This document shows, one piece after another, positions 63,492 to 64,000 of a DNA stretch of 64,000 bases. The notes beneath the pieces are model-generated. The model had not been told where the DNA came from. It searched no databases and saw only the letters and a program-made list of their open reading frames with translations. Source of the DNA: an uncultured Candidatus Rokubacteria bacterium. Lineage in GTDB: Bacteria; Methylomirabilota; Methylomirabilia; Rokubacteriales; DASRDR01. The translations under genes and the position numbers were made by a program. The stretch is from NCBI GenBank assembly GCA_963708025.1, contig CAVPSB010000018.1, positions 416,001-480,000 on the forward strand, given 5' to 3'. Position 1 is the stretch's first letter; the number at the start of each line of letters is the position of its first letter.

Positions 63492-64000
63492 TCACGCCAC
63501 GGCACCGAGGTAGCTCGGCGCCAGGCGCGCGTGCAGGCCGACGAGCGCGCGCAGCCGCGCCTCGGCCGCGACGCGCACCGCGTCCCGGTCGCCGGCGGTG
63601 ACCGCCGCGCGGATCGCCGCGGCCGTGTCCGCGCCCGCCGTGTCCTCGGCCACCGACCAGGGCCCGGGCAGCTCGTACTGGAGGGCGGCGAGCTCGAGCG
63701 GTCGGGATCGGCGGGCATCCCAGTTGCCGAGCACCGCGTCAACGTCGAAGTGCGTCTCGAGTCGCGCCCGACCGAGGGGCAGCGGCACCGACGGGGCCAG
63801 GCCGAGGAGCAGCGTGCGCCGCACGAGGAACGGCAGCGCCCAGCGCCTCCCCCCGTAGGTGACAAGCTGCAGGTCCGGCGTCTGGCTCCTCGAGAGCATC
63901 TGCCAGAAGGCCTGGAGGACGGCGGCTTCCTCTCCGGGTCCGCTCGCGGTCAGGACGACCACCGACAGGGCCGGCCGTCCCGTGTGGGCGAGCCCGAGGC
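63492..64000 (-). CDS. PolB-like 3'-5' exonuclease family protein, degenerate (partial)
   Basis: EEAAVLQAFW, LVTYGGRRWALPFL (cf. LVTFNGxxFDxPFL), HFDV. Confidence 0.6.
   Translation of the reverse strand, partial: LGLAHTGRPALSVVVLTASGPGEEAAVLQAFWQMLSRSQTPDLQLVTYGGRRWALPFLVRRTLLLGLAPSVPLPLGRARLETHFDVDAVLGNWDARRSRPLELAALQYELPGPWSVAEDTAGADTAAAIRAAVTAGDRDAVRVAAEARLRALVGLHARLAPSYLGAVA

Larger units (their letters stand above)
42138..64000. mobile_element. Putative integrative element (ICE/prophage-like) inserted in tRNA-Thr, right end beyond window
   Basis: att-like tRNA break at left; excisionase, nuclease, helicase, AAA, DUF1257/2997 at right. Confidence 0.55.

Overview
Very GC-rich bacterial DNA. 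Gene content (zinc-ribbon/multi-GAF proteins, AAA-TPR proteins ending in 'LGMRPLVAHCHLGLG', G/C-run palindromic repeats) resembles Ca. Rokubacteria/Methylomirabilota, which is an inference. Bases 1-35 kb are metabolic and envelope genes: lipid enzymes, an acyl-CoA catabolic/ABC cluster with a variant citrate synthase, adenine deaminase, a CoA transferase and an ECF sigma/anti-sigma pair. Three genes split by the ORF track read through an in-frame UGA at the redox-active Cys position and are followed by hairpins, so they are probable selenoproteins (CMD/AhpD-like CxxU, peroxiredoxin TxxU, TlpA UxxC). A modular family of short palindromic repeats sits between genes and has entered coding frames. 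From ~35 kb the window is accessory. An integrase remnant and a promoter-bearing 5' half of tRNA-Thr(CGT) mark an att junction at ~42.1 kb. Then come a sigma54 activator-STAND-TPR gene with an adjacent sigma54 promoter, and a 6xGAF/AAA-TPR chimera. An IS1111-type IS110 element sits in an attC-like site, with a long right non-coding region containing candidate guide sequences. The window ends in an ICE/prophage-like module (excisionase, Fe-S PD-(D/E)XK nuclease, UvrD, AAA, DUF1257/DUF2997, Rad52/Sak-like protein, degenerate 3'-5' exonuclease) that runs off the edge. Clustered single-base frameshifts suggest sequencing errors, so pseudogene calls based only on indels are uncertain.
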